The position numbers and the translations under genes are program-made. This document shows, piece by piece, positions 51,951 through 64,000 of a stretch of 64,000 nucleotides of DNA. The stretch is from the NCBI RefSeq assembly GCF_006345805.1, contig NC_043010.1:8804001-8868000 (forward strand). The letters run 5' to 3'. Every line of letters begins with the position of its first letter. The first letter of the stretch is position 1. The DNA is from Octopus sinensis (Eukaryota). A model generated the notes under the pieces. The model searched no databases, had not been told where the DNA came from, and saw nothing but the letters and a program-made list of their open reading frames with translations.

Positions 51951-52167
51951 GTTATGGTATATTCTGTTAAGAATGTAGTAGAGTAGAGTATAGAGCTCGC
52001 TCACCTTCAGCAGATTTACCTTGTTCTATCCAGTAGCAGCATTACAGGTATCTCCGGTTTATGTTTGGGCGTCTGTTGGGGTGAAAAGACAAATGAAAAC
52101 ATTGGAGTCAATAAGAAGGGGTACAGTTGGAGATTTTTTTTTACAGTTAGATATATATGTATATACA

Positions 52168-52198
<31 letters not shown>

Positions 52199-52211
52199 AT
52201 ATATGTATGTA

Positions 52212-52275
<64 letters not shown>

Positions 52276-52361
52276 TACATGTATATACATAAGTATGTAT
52301 ATCTATCTATATGTATGTGTGCATATGTGTGTGTATGTAAGTATATATATACTTTTACGAA

Positions 52362-52505
52362 AAAAACAAAAGACGAAGTCAGGTGGTGTACAAAACAAAC
52401 AGATGTATTAGTATAACGCTCAGGAATAGAAAAAGTCTTTTACGTTTCGAGCCTATGCTCTTCTACAGAAAGGGACACAGAAAAAAACAAGGAGAGAAAA
52501 AGAAT
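52362..52505 (-). mobile_element. Short repeat with a hammerhead-like core, possibly Penelope-like (PLE) derived
   Basis: Minus strand CTGTAGA-A-GAGC-ATAG-GCTC-GAAAC; related copies at about 46398-46480 (+) and 61405-61620 (+). Confidence 0.45.
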
Positions 52506-53894
52506 GTGTGTAGTGGCTAACGATCTATATATATATATATGTCTGTATGCATTTATGTATATATATATGCACATATATATATATATATACACACACATAT
52601 ACACACATACACACATGCATGCATGAGCGCACATGTACACTTGCACACACGCATACACACACACGTGCACATGCACACATGCGTCCACGGCGGCACGCAC
52701 GCACACACACACACACACACACACATATATGTATCCAGACACATGCTCACACACATGGAGTAACTTGTCTCAATTTTCTAAGACTAAGTCATTTGGCTGC
52801 TACTTCTAGCGGGTCGGATGTGGACGCAGCCACTACTTCCATTACTACCACCACCACCACCACCACCACCGCCTCAAAATGTATTCAAGAATGTTCAGTT
52901 GGGTCAGCAGGGGACAGACCGTTAAGAAACGTTAAGGAGGCAATGGTTAAAATAATCCAAGTCAACAAAAGTTGTCTCCCCTTTACATTAATATTAACTG
53001 CAGTTTGGAGTCTTTACACTTCGTCATCGCTACCTCACCCGAAAAAGTACTTTACTGTAATATCTAGAAATATTGCGTGTATGTGTGTGTGGTGTGTGTG
53101 TGTGTGTTTCAGTGTGTATCTTTTACTTGTTTCAGTCATTGATTGAACTGCGACCATACTGGAGCACTCCTTGATGAGTATAATCGAAGAAATTGACACC
53201 CCAGGTTTTATTTTAAAAGTCTGGTACTTGCTCCATCGGTGTCTTTTAATGAACTGCTAAGTTACAGAGATGTTATGAAACCAACACTGGCTGTCAAATG
53301 GCAAAGGAGGAAACACACACACACATAAAAATACACACACACACACACAAATATACATACACTCACACACACGCGTGCACACACCCACACATATATGGCC
53401 TAGTGGTTAGGATGTTGTTCTCATGATCACTAGGTCGTGATTTCAATTCCCAGACTGGGTGGCACATTGTGTTCTTGAGCAAGACACTTCACCTCATGTT
53501 TCTGTGATCACTTTGACACCTGACGCGTGGCAGACAGCACACCTGTTCTGACAATGTTGATTTGATGGAGATGTATACATATATATATACGACAGGCTTC
53601 TTTCAGTTTGTGTCTACCAAATCCACTCACAAGGCTTTGATCAGTCTGAGGATATAGTAGAAGACACTTGCCCAAGGAGCTCTGCAGTGGGACTGAACCC
53701 AGAACCATGTGGGTAGTAAGCAAGATACTTACCACATGGCCACTTCTGCACCTATGAGCTAATGCGTGGCAGGAACATTGATCACTCTAAACAAATCATT
53801 TGTGAAGGTCGTTCGGCAAAAGCTGAACGCCCATACATCATCTTCAATGGGTGAGCCGGTCATCATCACATAAAGAGCAAAAGGGTAAGGACCC

Positions 53895-54220
53895 TCTACG
53901 TTCATGAATGACCATAGGATTGCACCAAGAAATTCCCTTCTGTGGTACAAGTCTGGGCAAGGTAGTTTATGGAAGACCAGCAGTCGCCCGTGCATACCAG
54001 CCTCTGCTCTCCATGACACCAATGTTATCCAAGGGAAAGGTAAAGTCCAATCAATACAGCTTGGCACCAGTGACATTACAACTCGTTTCTGCAGCTGAAT
54101 GAACTGGAACAATGTGAAATGAAGAGTCTTGCTCAACACACACAGCCTCGTTTGGGAATCAAACTCACTACCTCATGATTGTGAGCTCAACACACTAATC
54201 ACTGAACCAGCCCCCTTCAC
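53895..54220 (-). mobile_element. SINE family C
   Basis: Reverse complement of the 30403 element. Confidence 0.75.
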
Positions 54221-54228
54221 ACATATAC

Positions 54229-54457
54229 ATTTCTTTACTGCCCACAAGGGGCTAAACATAGAGGGGACAAACAAGAACAGACTAAGGGATTAAGTCGATT
54301 ACATCGACCCCAGTGCGAAACTGGTACTTTATTTATCAACCCTGAAAGGATGAAAGGCAAAGTCGACCTCGGCAGAATTTGAACTCAGAACGTAGCTACA
54401 GACAAATACTGCTGAGCATTTCACCCGGCGTGCTAACGATTCTGCCAGCTTGCCGCC
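54229..54457 (-). mobile_element. SINE family B, full length
   Basis: Family B pattern. Confidence 0.9.
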
Positions 54458-54697
54458 TTTCACACATATATGGATGTATAATGTATGTGTGTGTGCCTTA
54501 ATATTTGTGTTTGTCCTCCACCCACCACTTGATAACCAGTGTTGGTTTGTTTATGTTCATTTGTTTGTTGTAGTTTTCCTTTTATACCACCAGTCTTGTA
54601 ACTTTCCGATCAAACATTGTATCTGCTCAGCTAGGTTCGAACTGAGTTGAAAGATCAACATATACACACATAGAGATAGATATTCACCATGACCACC

Positions 54698-54728
<31 letters not shown>

Positions 54729-54904
54729 CCATCATCAACATCTTCATCATCATCATTATCATCATCCATCTGTTCAAACACACATACACACACATGCACG
54801 CATATACACATATATGTGTGTTTGTATGTATGTACATATGTATATGTATGTATGTATATATGTATGTGTATGCATATGTATACACACACATATACATATA
54901 TACA

Positions 54905-55134
54905 GGCGGCGAGCTGGCAGAAACGTTGGCACGCCGGACGAAATGCGTAGCCGTATTTTGTCTGCTGTTGCGTTCTGAGTTCAAATTCTGCCGAGGTCGA
55001 CTTTGCCTTTCATCCTTTCAAGGTCGATAAATTAAGTACCAGTTATGCACTGGGGTCGATGTAATTGACTTGATCCGCTTGTCTTTTCTTGTTTGTCCCC
55101 TCTGTGTTTAGCCCCTTGTGGGTAGTAAAGAAAT
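54905..55134 (+). mobile_element. SINE family B, full length
   Basis: Head-to-head with the 54229 copy. Confidence 0.9.
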
Positions 55135-55972
55135 ATATATGTATATATGTATATGTGTGTGTGTATATATGTATATATATGTATATACACACACATACAC
55201 ATTTATATGTATATGTATATCTATATCTGTGTGTGTGTGTGTGTGTGTGTTTATATCTGATAGACTACTTTTAGTTTCCATCTACTAAGTCCACTCAGAG
55301 GGCTTTGGTCCGAGGGTTATCATAGAAGACACTTGTTCAAGGTACCACACAGTGGGACTGAACCCTAAACCATGTGGTTGAGAAAACATTTCTTCTTCCA
55401 AGAAACCTACTCCTGTATCTTTATATGTACATACATATTCCTTTAGAATATTATAATTACGCCTTGATACAGATATTTTCTTGTTTAGATGAATTTTTTA
55501 AAAAGTATACACAATCAAGATATGCATGTATTAATATATAACACATCAATAACATAAATATGTATAAAGGTAAAAAAAATTCATTTATTAACCTTTTTGA
55601 TCTCAACACACCTGAGACCCCTCTAGTTCTATAATACACCTTACCAAAGCCATTATAAAATGTTCGTATTTAAATTAAGATCTTCTAACATAATTTTACG
55701 TAAGAATCTTTTATTCAGTAATGGTCTGAACGTGAGCTTAATAATGAAAAAAAAAACAAAATTGATGATTTTATTAAATTCTTTCAAATTTTTAATTAGT
55801 TTCAAAATTAATTGAAACATTTGAATTGTGTATTTCATTAAAAATGTGGTAGCGAGAGAGTTAAAAGATAAATATTTATTTATTATGAGATCTTAAGGAA
55901 AAATACTCTACGTACCAATATGTTGCTGCTTGACCTGCTGAACAGGAGTAGTGAAATATCCCTCAGACTTAT

Positions 55973-56192
55973 TACTCTCTCTTTTACTCTTTTACTTGTT
56001 TCAGTCATTTGACTGCGGCCATGCTGCAGCACCACCTTTAGTCGAGCAAATCGACCCTGGCACTTATTCTTTGTAAGCCTAGTACTTATTCTATCGGTCT
56101 CTTTTGCCGAACCGCTAAGTGACGGGGACGTAAACACACCAGCATCGGTTGTCAAGCAATGCTAGGGGGACAAACACAGACACACAAACACC

Positions 56193-56234
<42 letters not shown>

Positions 56235-56399
56235 TACGATAGGCTTCTTTCAGTTTCCGTCTACCAAATCCACTCACAAGGCATTGGTCAGCCCAGGGCT
56301 ATAGCAGAAGACACTTGCCGAAGATGCCACGCAGTGGGACTGAACCAGGAACCATGTGGTTGGTTAGCAAGCTACTTACCACACAGCCACTCCTGCGCC
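55973..56399 (-). mobile_element. SINE family A, full length
   Basis: Same architecture. Confidence 0.9.
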
Positions 56400-56404
56400 T
56401 TATT

Positions 56405-56715
56405 AGATAAGAATTTCAAATATTCTTTTCTACTTTAAGCACAAGGCCCAAAACTTTTGCGAGAGGGGGGCAGTCGATTAGATCGACCTAGTACACAACT
56501 GGTACTTAATTTATCGACTCTGAAAGGATGAAAGGCAAAGTTGACTTTGACAGAATTTGAACTCAGAACGTAAAGACAGACAAAATACCTATTTCTTTAC
56601 TACCCACTAGGGGCTAAACACAGAGAGGACAAACAAGGACAGACAAACGGATTGAGTCGATTACATCGACCCCAATGCATTACTGATACTTATTTAATCG
56701 ACCCCGAAAGGATGA
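56405..56715 (-). mobile_element. Two nested SINE family B pieces
   Basis: Family B pattern twice. Confidence 0.8.
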
Positions 56716-57193
56716 CATATTCGAATGTATTATAGCATTAATGCATTCAAATATGCCTAAACTAAATTCCTCAAAATGAAGATGGATTTATGGTTTTGAC
56801 ATTTGTACTATCCCTTCCTCTATCTATAAAGAGAAAAAATTCTTGCTTGTCTCCATTCAACCAAGAATAAAAAAAAAACCCTCCCCACTGATAGATCTAA
56901 ATAACAAAGTGAACTTTGGGATAAAATCTACAGACGGAGAATGAACATACTACCGCCATGTTCTTAAGGATGAAATCAACCTCTCTGTCTACATATCTAC
57001 CCTCTTTGTAATGTTGGCGAATGAAATAAGTATAAGAATGTGCATTGTCCGTTTAATTGAAAAATTCTAAATGTGGCTGAAGATTGCTCGACATTTTAAA
57101 ACTGATATAATACTTACAGTGTTTAATAAAATGAAGTAGCATGAAATAATTGTACTACTCTACCTTGGATATCCTTGTTGCTTATTTTGATTT

Positions 57194-57229
<36 letters not shown>

Positions 57230-57765
57230 CGATAGGCTTTCAGTTTGAGTCTACCAAATCCACTCACACGGCTTTGATCGGTCTGAGGCTATAGTAGAAG
57301 ACACTTGCCCAAGGAGCTCTGCAGTGCGACTGAACCCAGAACCATGTGGTTGGCAAGCAAGATACTTACCACATGGCCACTTCTGCTCCTATGTTTAGTT
57401 ATCGAGTGATGTTGAGTTATACTCAAAATCTTAGCCATTCCATCTATGGAAAACAATCAAAGAAGCACTATTTAAAGCCCTAAGCTTCAATGTCAGTGAC
57501 TAAGAATCTTATTGGAGGTGCTCCATCATGACCATAGTACAATGAGAAACCAATTAAAGAAAAGTTAAGGTGCCTAAGATTTCTACAGGGCTGAGTTAAT
57601 GTGATTGTGTAGTGTTCATTCATTTCTCTATGTCATGATTGACAAAAGTAAAGTGGTGGTGTCATCAGCCAGGAATCTGGAATCGAATTTGGACAATGCA
57701 AGTGTCTTCTAATATAGTCTCAAGCTGACCAAAGCCTTGTGGGAGGAAAACCTAAAGAAGCTACT

Positions 57766-57800
<35 letters not shown>

Positions 57801-58706
57801 ATACACAGATATATAAGAATATATATGCATGTATGTACATACATATATATATTAATATGCATACATAGACACATATATAGATGTGTATGGATGGATGTTT
57901 GTATATATGGATACATGTAAATTGCTTTCAGCTCACATGTACACTAAATTCCAGCAATTACTAACACATACTTGATTTAGTATATTTTTAAGCATTCTTA
58001 TGTATGCAGAAGCTTACATATTTATAGGGGTTGGTGGATCAGATATGAGATATTGAAGTATTTATGCTATTTCCAAACATATTAGTAATCTAAGTAAGTT
58101 GAACTGAATGAAAATAGTGTCGCATATTTTGGTAGGAGATTATTTCTGTTCAATGGAACTTCCTCTGAAATGAAGAAATATTGGCTTCTTTTAACTTGGA
58201 ATAGGCATAATGGGTTTAGAGTGTGATTTGTCTTTGATTGAAATAACTTCTGTATATTCTTATGTTAATACATTCCAAATTACAAAGCTCCATTAAGTCA
58301 ATACTCGGCTCCTGTTTTATATGATTAAACAGAAGTGAGACAGACTTCCTAGTGGATGTGTTACAGTACTATTGCAGATTAACTTTCCCACACGAAAGGG
58401 ATTAAATTTAGTACTTCAAGTCAATGAATTATTTGTCAATTCTACAATTCTACAACTGTTGTTATTAATATTGATTAATGGTGTAAGGCACCAAGCTGGC
58501 AGAAATGTTAGCACACCAGATGAAATATTTAGTGGCATTTTGTCCATCATTAGATTCTGAGTTCAAATTCTGCTGAATAATTTGCTTTTCACCATTTTGG
58601 GGGAATCAATAAAATAGTACCCGTTGAGTAATGGGTTTGATGTAATCGACCTACTCCCTCCTCCGAAATTGCTGGCTTCGTACCAAAAATTTGCAATCAA
58701 TATTAA

Positions 58707-58922
58707 CCCTTTCGTTACCAACCCGGCTGAAACTGGCTCTGTTGTACAAATGTCTTGTTTTCATAGGTTTTGAATTAAAAATCTTCCACCAAATCTTGGT
58801 CACAATTTATGTTCCTAACGCTAACTGAATGATAACCAAGTTATTTTGCTAAATTCTTTGTTATATTTAAAGTAATTGAAAGAAACACAGAGCATCTCAA
58901 AATAAATACAGTAATGAAAGGG
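58707..58922. mobile_element. piggyBac-like MITE PB1, full length
   Basis: TTAA at 58703-58706 and 58923-58926; TIR ccctttcgttac / gtaatgaaaggg. Confidence 0.85.
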
Positions 58923-60062
58923 TTAACGAAGAGTGTCATAATTTGGTACTTACCAAGTGATACTAATATTAGTATCACCATGTAGTACTTAACTAAGTGT
59001 TAGGTGAACTTGTTATCTTACTACCAAAGCAACTTCACTTTCTCTCCCTTACTCTCACCTAAATGCTAAGAACTTAATACTGAATCAATCTATGTGTTAA
59101 CAAATGGAGACCGTAGCCCACAAATTAGGCTTCTAAGATGGGCCCTGTATGCCTTGGATCTTTTCTAAAACTATTTCAGACAATGTATTTGAGAGCTATT
59201 GAGTAGTTGATGGATTTTAGCTAACTTTTTCCATGCTACCATGGGTTAAGGAATATTTTATCGAGACATTGTTTGATGGCTGAATGTTCTTTGGGGATCA
59301 ATAAAATAGTACCAGTTGAGTACTTGGTTTGATGTAATCGACCTACACCCTCCTCCGAAATTGCTGGCTTCGTACCAAAATTTGAAATCAATATTAACGA
59401 ATCTCTTTTTCAAGTAAAATATCAGAAAAATTTGATCTCAGGAAGGTGAAGTCTCAGGTAAACATTGTTAAATATTAGGTCCCATGCTCTATTAATTTGG
59501 CCTTAAATAGTGACCCTCAGAACTGAAGTAAAGCTAAGAAACTGAAGGAAACTGTCTGGGAGTACATCATGTATCATCATCAAAATCGTTGTTTTAATGC
59601 CTGCATAACTTAGCAGTTTGACAAAAGAAACCTATAAAATGAATACCAGAATTAAAAAGAGAAAAATACATAACAGAATTGATTTGTTGAAATAAACCCT
59701 TTAAAGTGTGCCCCAGCATGGCTACAATCTAATGACTAAAACAAATAAAAGAATATATTTAGGTATGGTGCGTTTGAATTATTGAACATGTCCTTTGAAC
59801 AAGATCACATGCATACTGAAAATAGTGGTTGGGAGAGAGAGTGTATAAGAAGATACGATATTGGAAGAAGGAAGGTATGTTGAGAGATAGATAGAGAGAT
59901 ATTATCTGTATGTGTATGCATGAGATAAACAGAGATAGAGAGAACTAGAGAGAGAGAGAGAGAGAGCTAGAGAGAGAGAAAGAGGAAGCGGGTGAAAGTG
60001 AGAATGTGGCAATAGCAAGCTAAAAAGATTTTATGTCGGAGTTCTTTTTTTCTTTGATATAC

Positions 60063-60125
<63 letters not shown>

Positions 60126-60288
60126 ATATATATATATATATACACTCACACACATGAGATTTTTGTCTCTGTTATTGTATATGAAAAGTTAACTGCAACA
60201 TAGACAGACCATGCCTGGAGCCAACAAAATTTATTGCGAGGGAATATAATTCAATTAGAAAGATAAAGCATCCCCTCTTTTGTTATGA

Positions 60289-60319
<31 letters not shown>

Positions 60320-61129
60320 TATCATCATCCTCATCATCATCATCATTCTTTTTTTTTTTCCTCTCTCTCTCTCTCTTTCTCCCCTGTGTATTTAACTTTA
60401 TTCAATCTGCTGTAGAGAATAAGAAATTCTTACAGAAAAGCCTGTTAATTTTTTTGTCATATTTTTAAAAATATTTTTATTATTATTATTATTATTTTTA
60501 AAAATTTTTTTATCAAGAATAAGTACTAAGATTATTTATTGTTTCTTACTGTTTGAATAAAACCAGAATTTATTATTATTTTTTTTATATTCAGTCTTAA
60601 ATCATTTTGCTGTAACGCTTTCAAATTAGATTTTCTGTCTTTGAATATCAGTAAAAATTTTAAACTTTCCTGTCCAATTTGTTGGAGGTTAGTAAAATAA
60701 ATTTTTTTTTCCCATTTTATTTTTATGTGAATTTATTGACTGGCAGCAGGGGACAATTTAAAAAAAGACATTAATGCTAACAGTTCATATGTTGTTCTCT
60801 TACGAAATTATAGCTATATGTCTTCATTGTAGACAAATTAGCAAAGATATTTAATGCGTCACATGGGAGTTGAATATTTATACTGATACACAACGGAATC
60901 AGGAAGTCGTATTACCGATTGCTAAAGCCAATATAATTTATAATAAAATAAAATTTAATTTACATGTTCATTAACGAAGTACCTGGGCATCAATTTTTAC
61001 TGACCCCACATTACTGTGAAATTAATCCAAGATTTTTGCATCATATCATTCGTTTAACATTCATTGCTCCATGCAAGCATGGGTTAGATCAATATATATG
61101 TGTGTGTATAAAAAAAAAAAAATACACGA

Positions 61130-61360
61130 TTTTTCGTGGTTGTTGCCAGTACCACCTGACTGGCCCTCATGCCGGTGGCACATAAAAGCACCGACTCCAC
61201 TCTTGGAGTGGTTGGCATTAGGAAGGGCATCCAGCTGTAGAAACCCTGCCAGATCAAGATTGGAGCCTGGTGCAGCCATCTGGTTCGCCAGTCCTCAGTC
61301 AAATCGTCCAACCCATGCTAGCATGGAAAGCAGACGTTGAACAACAATGATGATGATGAT
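61130..61360 (+). mobile_element. SINE family E
   Basis: Family E pattern with (GAT)n tail. Confidence 0.85.
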
Positions 61361-61362
61361 AT

Positions 61363-61405
<43 letters not shown>

Positions 61406-61850
61406 CCTCGTGAGTACCACTGGCGATATTTTTCCTCTGTCTTCCCTTCTCGGGATATTTCCTTCTCCTATGTTTCCGACGAAGAGCTCCACTCGAAAAG
61501 TTAAACCCTCCTTCTTCCCTTCTTTCCTGAGCGTCCAATAATACTTTATTTGTTCCACGTCCTCGCGTTGTTGTGATTTTTTGTTTTTTTGTGTTTTCTT
61601 GTTTGGATTAACTTTATATATATATATATTGCTAAGGCATTGTCATTACAACTGGATGCCCTTCCTGCTGCTAACCCTAACTGTTTTTATGCCACTTGTT
61701 TTTGATGATGATGATAACAATGACGATGACAATGGTGGTAGTGGTGGTGTTGATGATAATGATGAAGGTACTGACTATGATGATGCTGGTGACTATGCAT
61801 ACAGATATATGTATGTATGTATGTATGTGTATGTATGTATACATATATAT

Positions 61851-62080
61851 ATTTCTTTACTGCTCACAAGGGGCTAAACATAGAGGGGACAAACAAGGAC
61901 AGACAAAGGGATTGAGTCGATTACATCGACCCCAGTGCGAAACTGGTACTTTATTTATCGACCCTGAAAGGATGAAAGGCAAAGTTGACCTCGGCGGAAT
62001 TTGAACTCAGAACGTAACGACAGACGAAATACCGCTAAGCATTTCGCCCGGCATGCTAACATGTCTGCCAGCTCGCCGCC
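61851..62080 (-). mobile_element. SINE family B, full length
   Basis: Family B pattern. Confidence 0.9.
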
Positions 62081-62812
62081 TTGTATGTATACATATATAA
62101 ACACACACACACACAGGCGCACACACACACAGGCGCACACACACACAGACATACACACAGGCACACATACATGAAAAATGACTGAGCAATGTTACAAATT
62201 ATTTGTGCTAAGTGTGACACACAATATCTTATTTGAAAATACATAGTTTTATTATGTCTATTTTTATTTTATTGCTTTAGTCAAAAGGAAAGTCCTGATG
62301 CTTCGCCGACCCATCCTACCCATATAAACAAGGGATTAATTAATATCCTCACACATAAAATTCACTAACCTTTTTCATAACGAACCCACCTGAGACCACT
62401 TTGGGTTCTTTGATAATAAATCACTTACTTTCAAATGTTCATTTTTAAAGCGAAATTTTCAACTACAATTTAATATAAGATTATTTGTAATTTGTTATTG
62501 AAAAAATTTACATATTTTTACTAAATTCCTGCAAAATATTTGTTAATCAAAAAGTTAATTGAAATACATAAGCAGCAGTGTAATTTTCGCTAACGATGTA
62601 CTCACAGAATGGTTAATATACATTTTTTCCAGAACTTACACCTAACAATTTTGTTATTTACAATGTAAGGTAGTAATTCTCAGATGAGTTGATATGAATT
62701 TTTTAAAAATACAATTTAAGGTTTTAGAAAATTTACATTATCATTAATGCTGACATGATTGTGTGGTTAAAAGGTCCATTTACCAACTATATGGTTTTAA
62801 GTTCAGTCTCAA

Positions 62813-62930
62813 AAGAAGACATGGGATGAAGTACTAAAGAATGATTTCAGGGCACTGGACCTTACAGAAGAGATGACAAAGTACTGAGGTATCTAGCACC
62901 TTGCTTTACTCAAGAAAACCCGTCCTCCAT
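62813..62930 (+). mobile_element. Degenerate RTE-type LINE 3' coding fragment
   Basis: 62813-62887 reads KKTWDEVLKNDFRALDLTEEMTKY*, matching the RTE (GRP)xKTWxExVxxDxxxLxLxxxxxxDRxxW pattern. Confidence 0.6.
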
Positions 62931-63669
62931 AGCAGAAGTGTTTAATGCCTTTCCCCCTGACGAGGACGATTGGTCTGCAAAGAACCTTGTGCACGTGAAA
63001 AGCATGTAAAAAGCACTCATGGCAGCACCATGTAAAAGCGCTCATGCAAGAGTCATGTTAAAAGCACCCAGCACACATTGTAAAGTGGGTGGCATTAGGA
63101 AGGGCATCCAGCTATAGAAACCGAGCTAAATCAGATTGGAACCTGGTGCAACTCTTTGGCTTGCCGGCTCTGGTCAAACCCTCCAGCCTGTACCAATGTG
63201 GACATTAAAGGATAATGATGATGATGATGACGGCGATGATGACAACGACGATGATGATGATGATGATGATATGATGAGGATGATGGTGGTGATGATGATG
63301 CCGATCCAAAGCAGTGGATTATTTTTGAATTTTTCTTAAGGCCAAGACTTATAAAATAGGTTGTCTGGTTTCAGTGGCACACATGTGACCGAAATCACAA
63401 CATACCTCTTAAATGGGACACCAATTTGTTGCATGGTTCAATACCAACAATTTTGTTGGAAGGAGACAATTCAGTTACATCAACCCCAGTATTTGTTCTT
63501 AGGTGGGATTTGAACTCAGAACATAAAAAGTCAAAACAAATGTTGCTAAGCATTTTGTCCAATGCATTAACAATTCTGCCAATTTAACATTTCAAAGTAA
63601 TGGGTTGGAGGAACCATATGAATGTCAGACTGAGGGACAGTGACATAAACACACACACATATGAACATA

Positions 63670-64000
63670 TGATAGGCGTCTTTCAGTTTCCATCTACTAA
63701 ATCTACTCACAAGGCTTTGGTTGGCCCAAGGCTATAGTAGAAGACACTTGCCCAGTGTGCCAAGGTACCATGCAGTGGAACTGAACCTAGAACCATGTGT
63801 TTGGGAAACATGCTTCTTATTTCTTTATTGCCCACGAGGGGCTAAACACAGAGAGAACAAACAAGGACAGACCAAGGGATTAAGTCGATTACATTGACCT
63901 CAGTGTGTAACTGGTACTTAATTTATCGACTCTGAAAGGATGAAAGGCAAAGTTGACCTCGGTGGAATTTGAACTCAGAACGTAATGGCAGACGAAATAC
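63670..64000 (-). mobile_element. Family A head (63670-63816) followed by a family B copy running off the window
   Basis: Family patterns. Confidence 0.8.

Overview
AT-rich eukaryotic DNA, very dense in microsatellites and SINEs. It is most consistent with an octopus (coleoid cephalopod) genome; this is inferred from gene architecture and repeat types, not from a database match. One clear gene is present: a minus-strand protocadherin whose large exon (ATG 8805 to splice donor 6355/6354) encodes a signal peptide, six cadherin repeats, a TM helix and about 90 aa of cytoplasmic tail. Two downstream exons can be inferred (3373-3327 and 1732-1573). Joined in phase, they give one continuous 65-codon C-terminal extension interrupted by a single in-frame UGA in a leaky UGA-C context. 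That is either a recent nonsense mutation or a stop-readthrough switch, and it is the most interesting signal here. The EC3-EC4 linker lacks canonical Ca2+ ligands. The protocadherin introns carry two long fold-back hairpins, one starting 35 nt from the 5' splice site, plus two MITEs. The remaining ~54 kb holds five recurring SINE-like families (labelled A-E here), RTE and R4/Dong-type LINE 3' fragments, piggyBac-, hAT- and mariner-type MITEs, a 235-bp-arm fold-back element, hammerhead-like Penelope-type remnants, large simple-repeat tracts and an orphan plus-strand exon-like unit. Almost all ORFs in the supplied track are microsatellite artefacts. SINE boundaries are approximate (about +/-10 nt).
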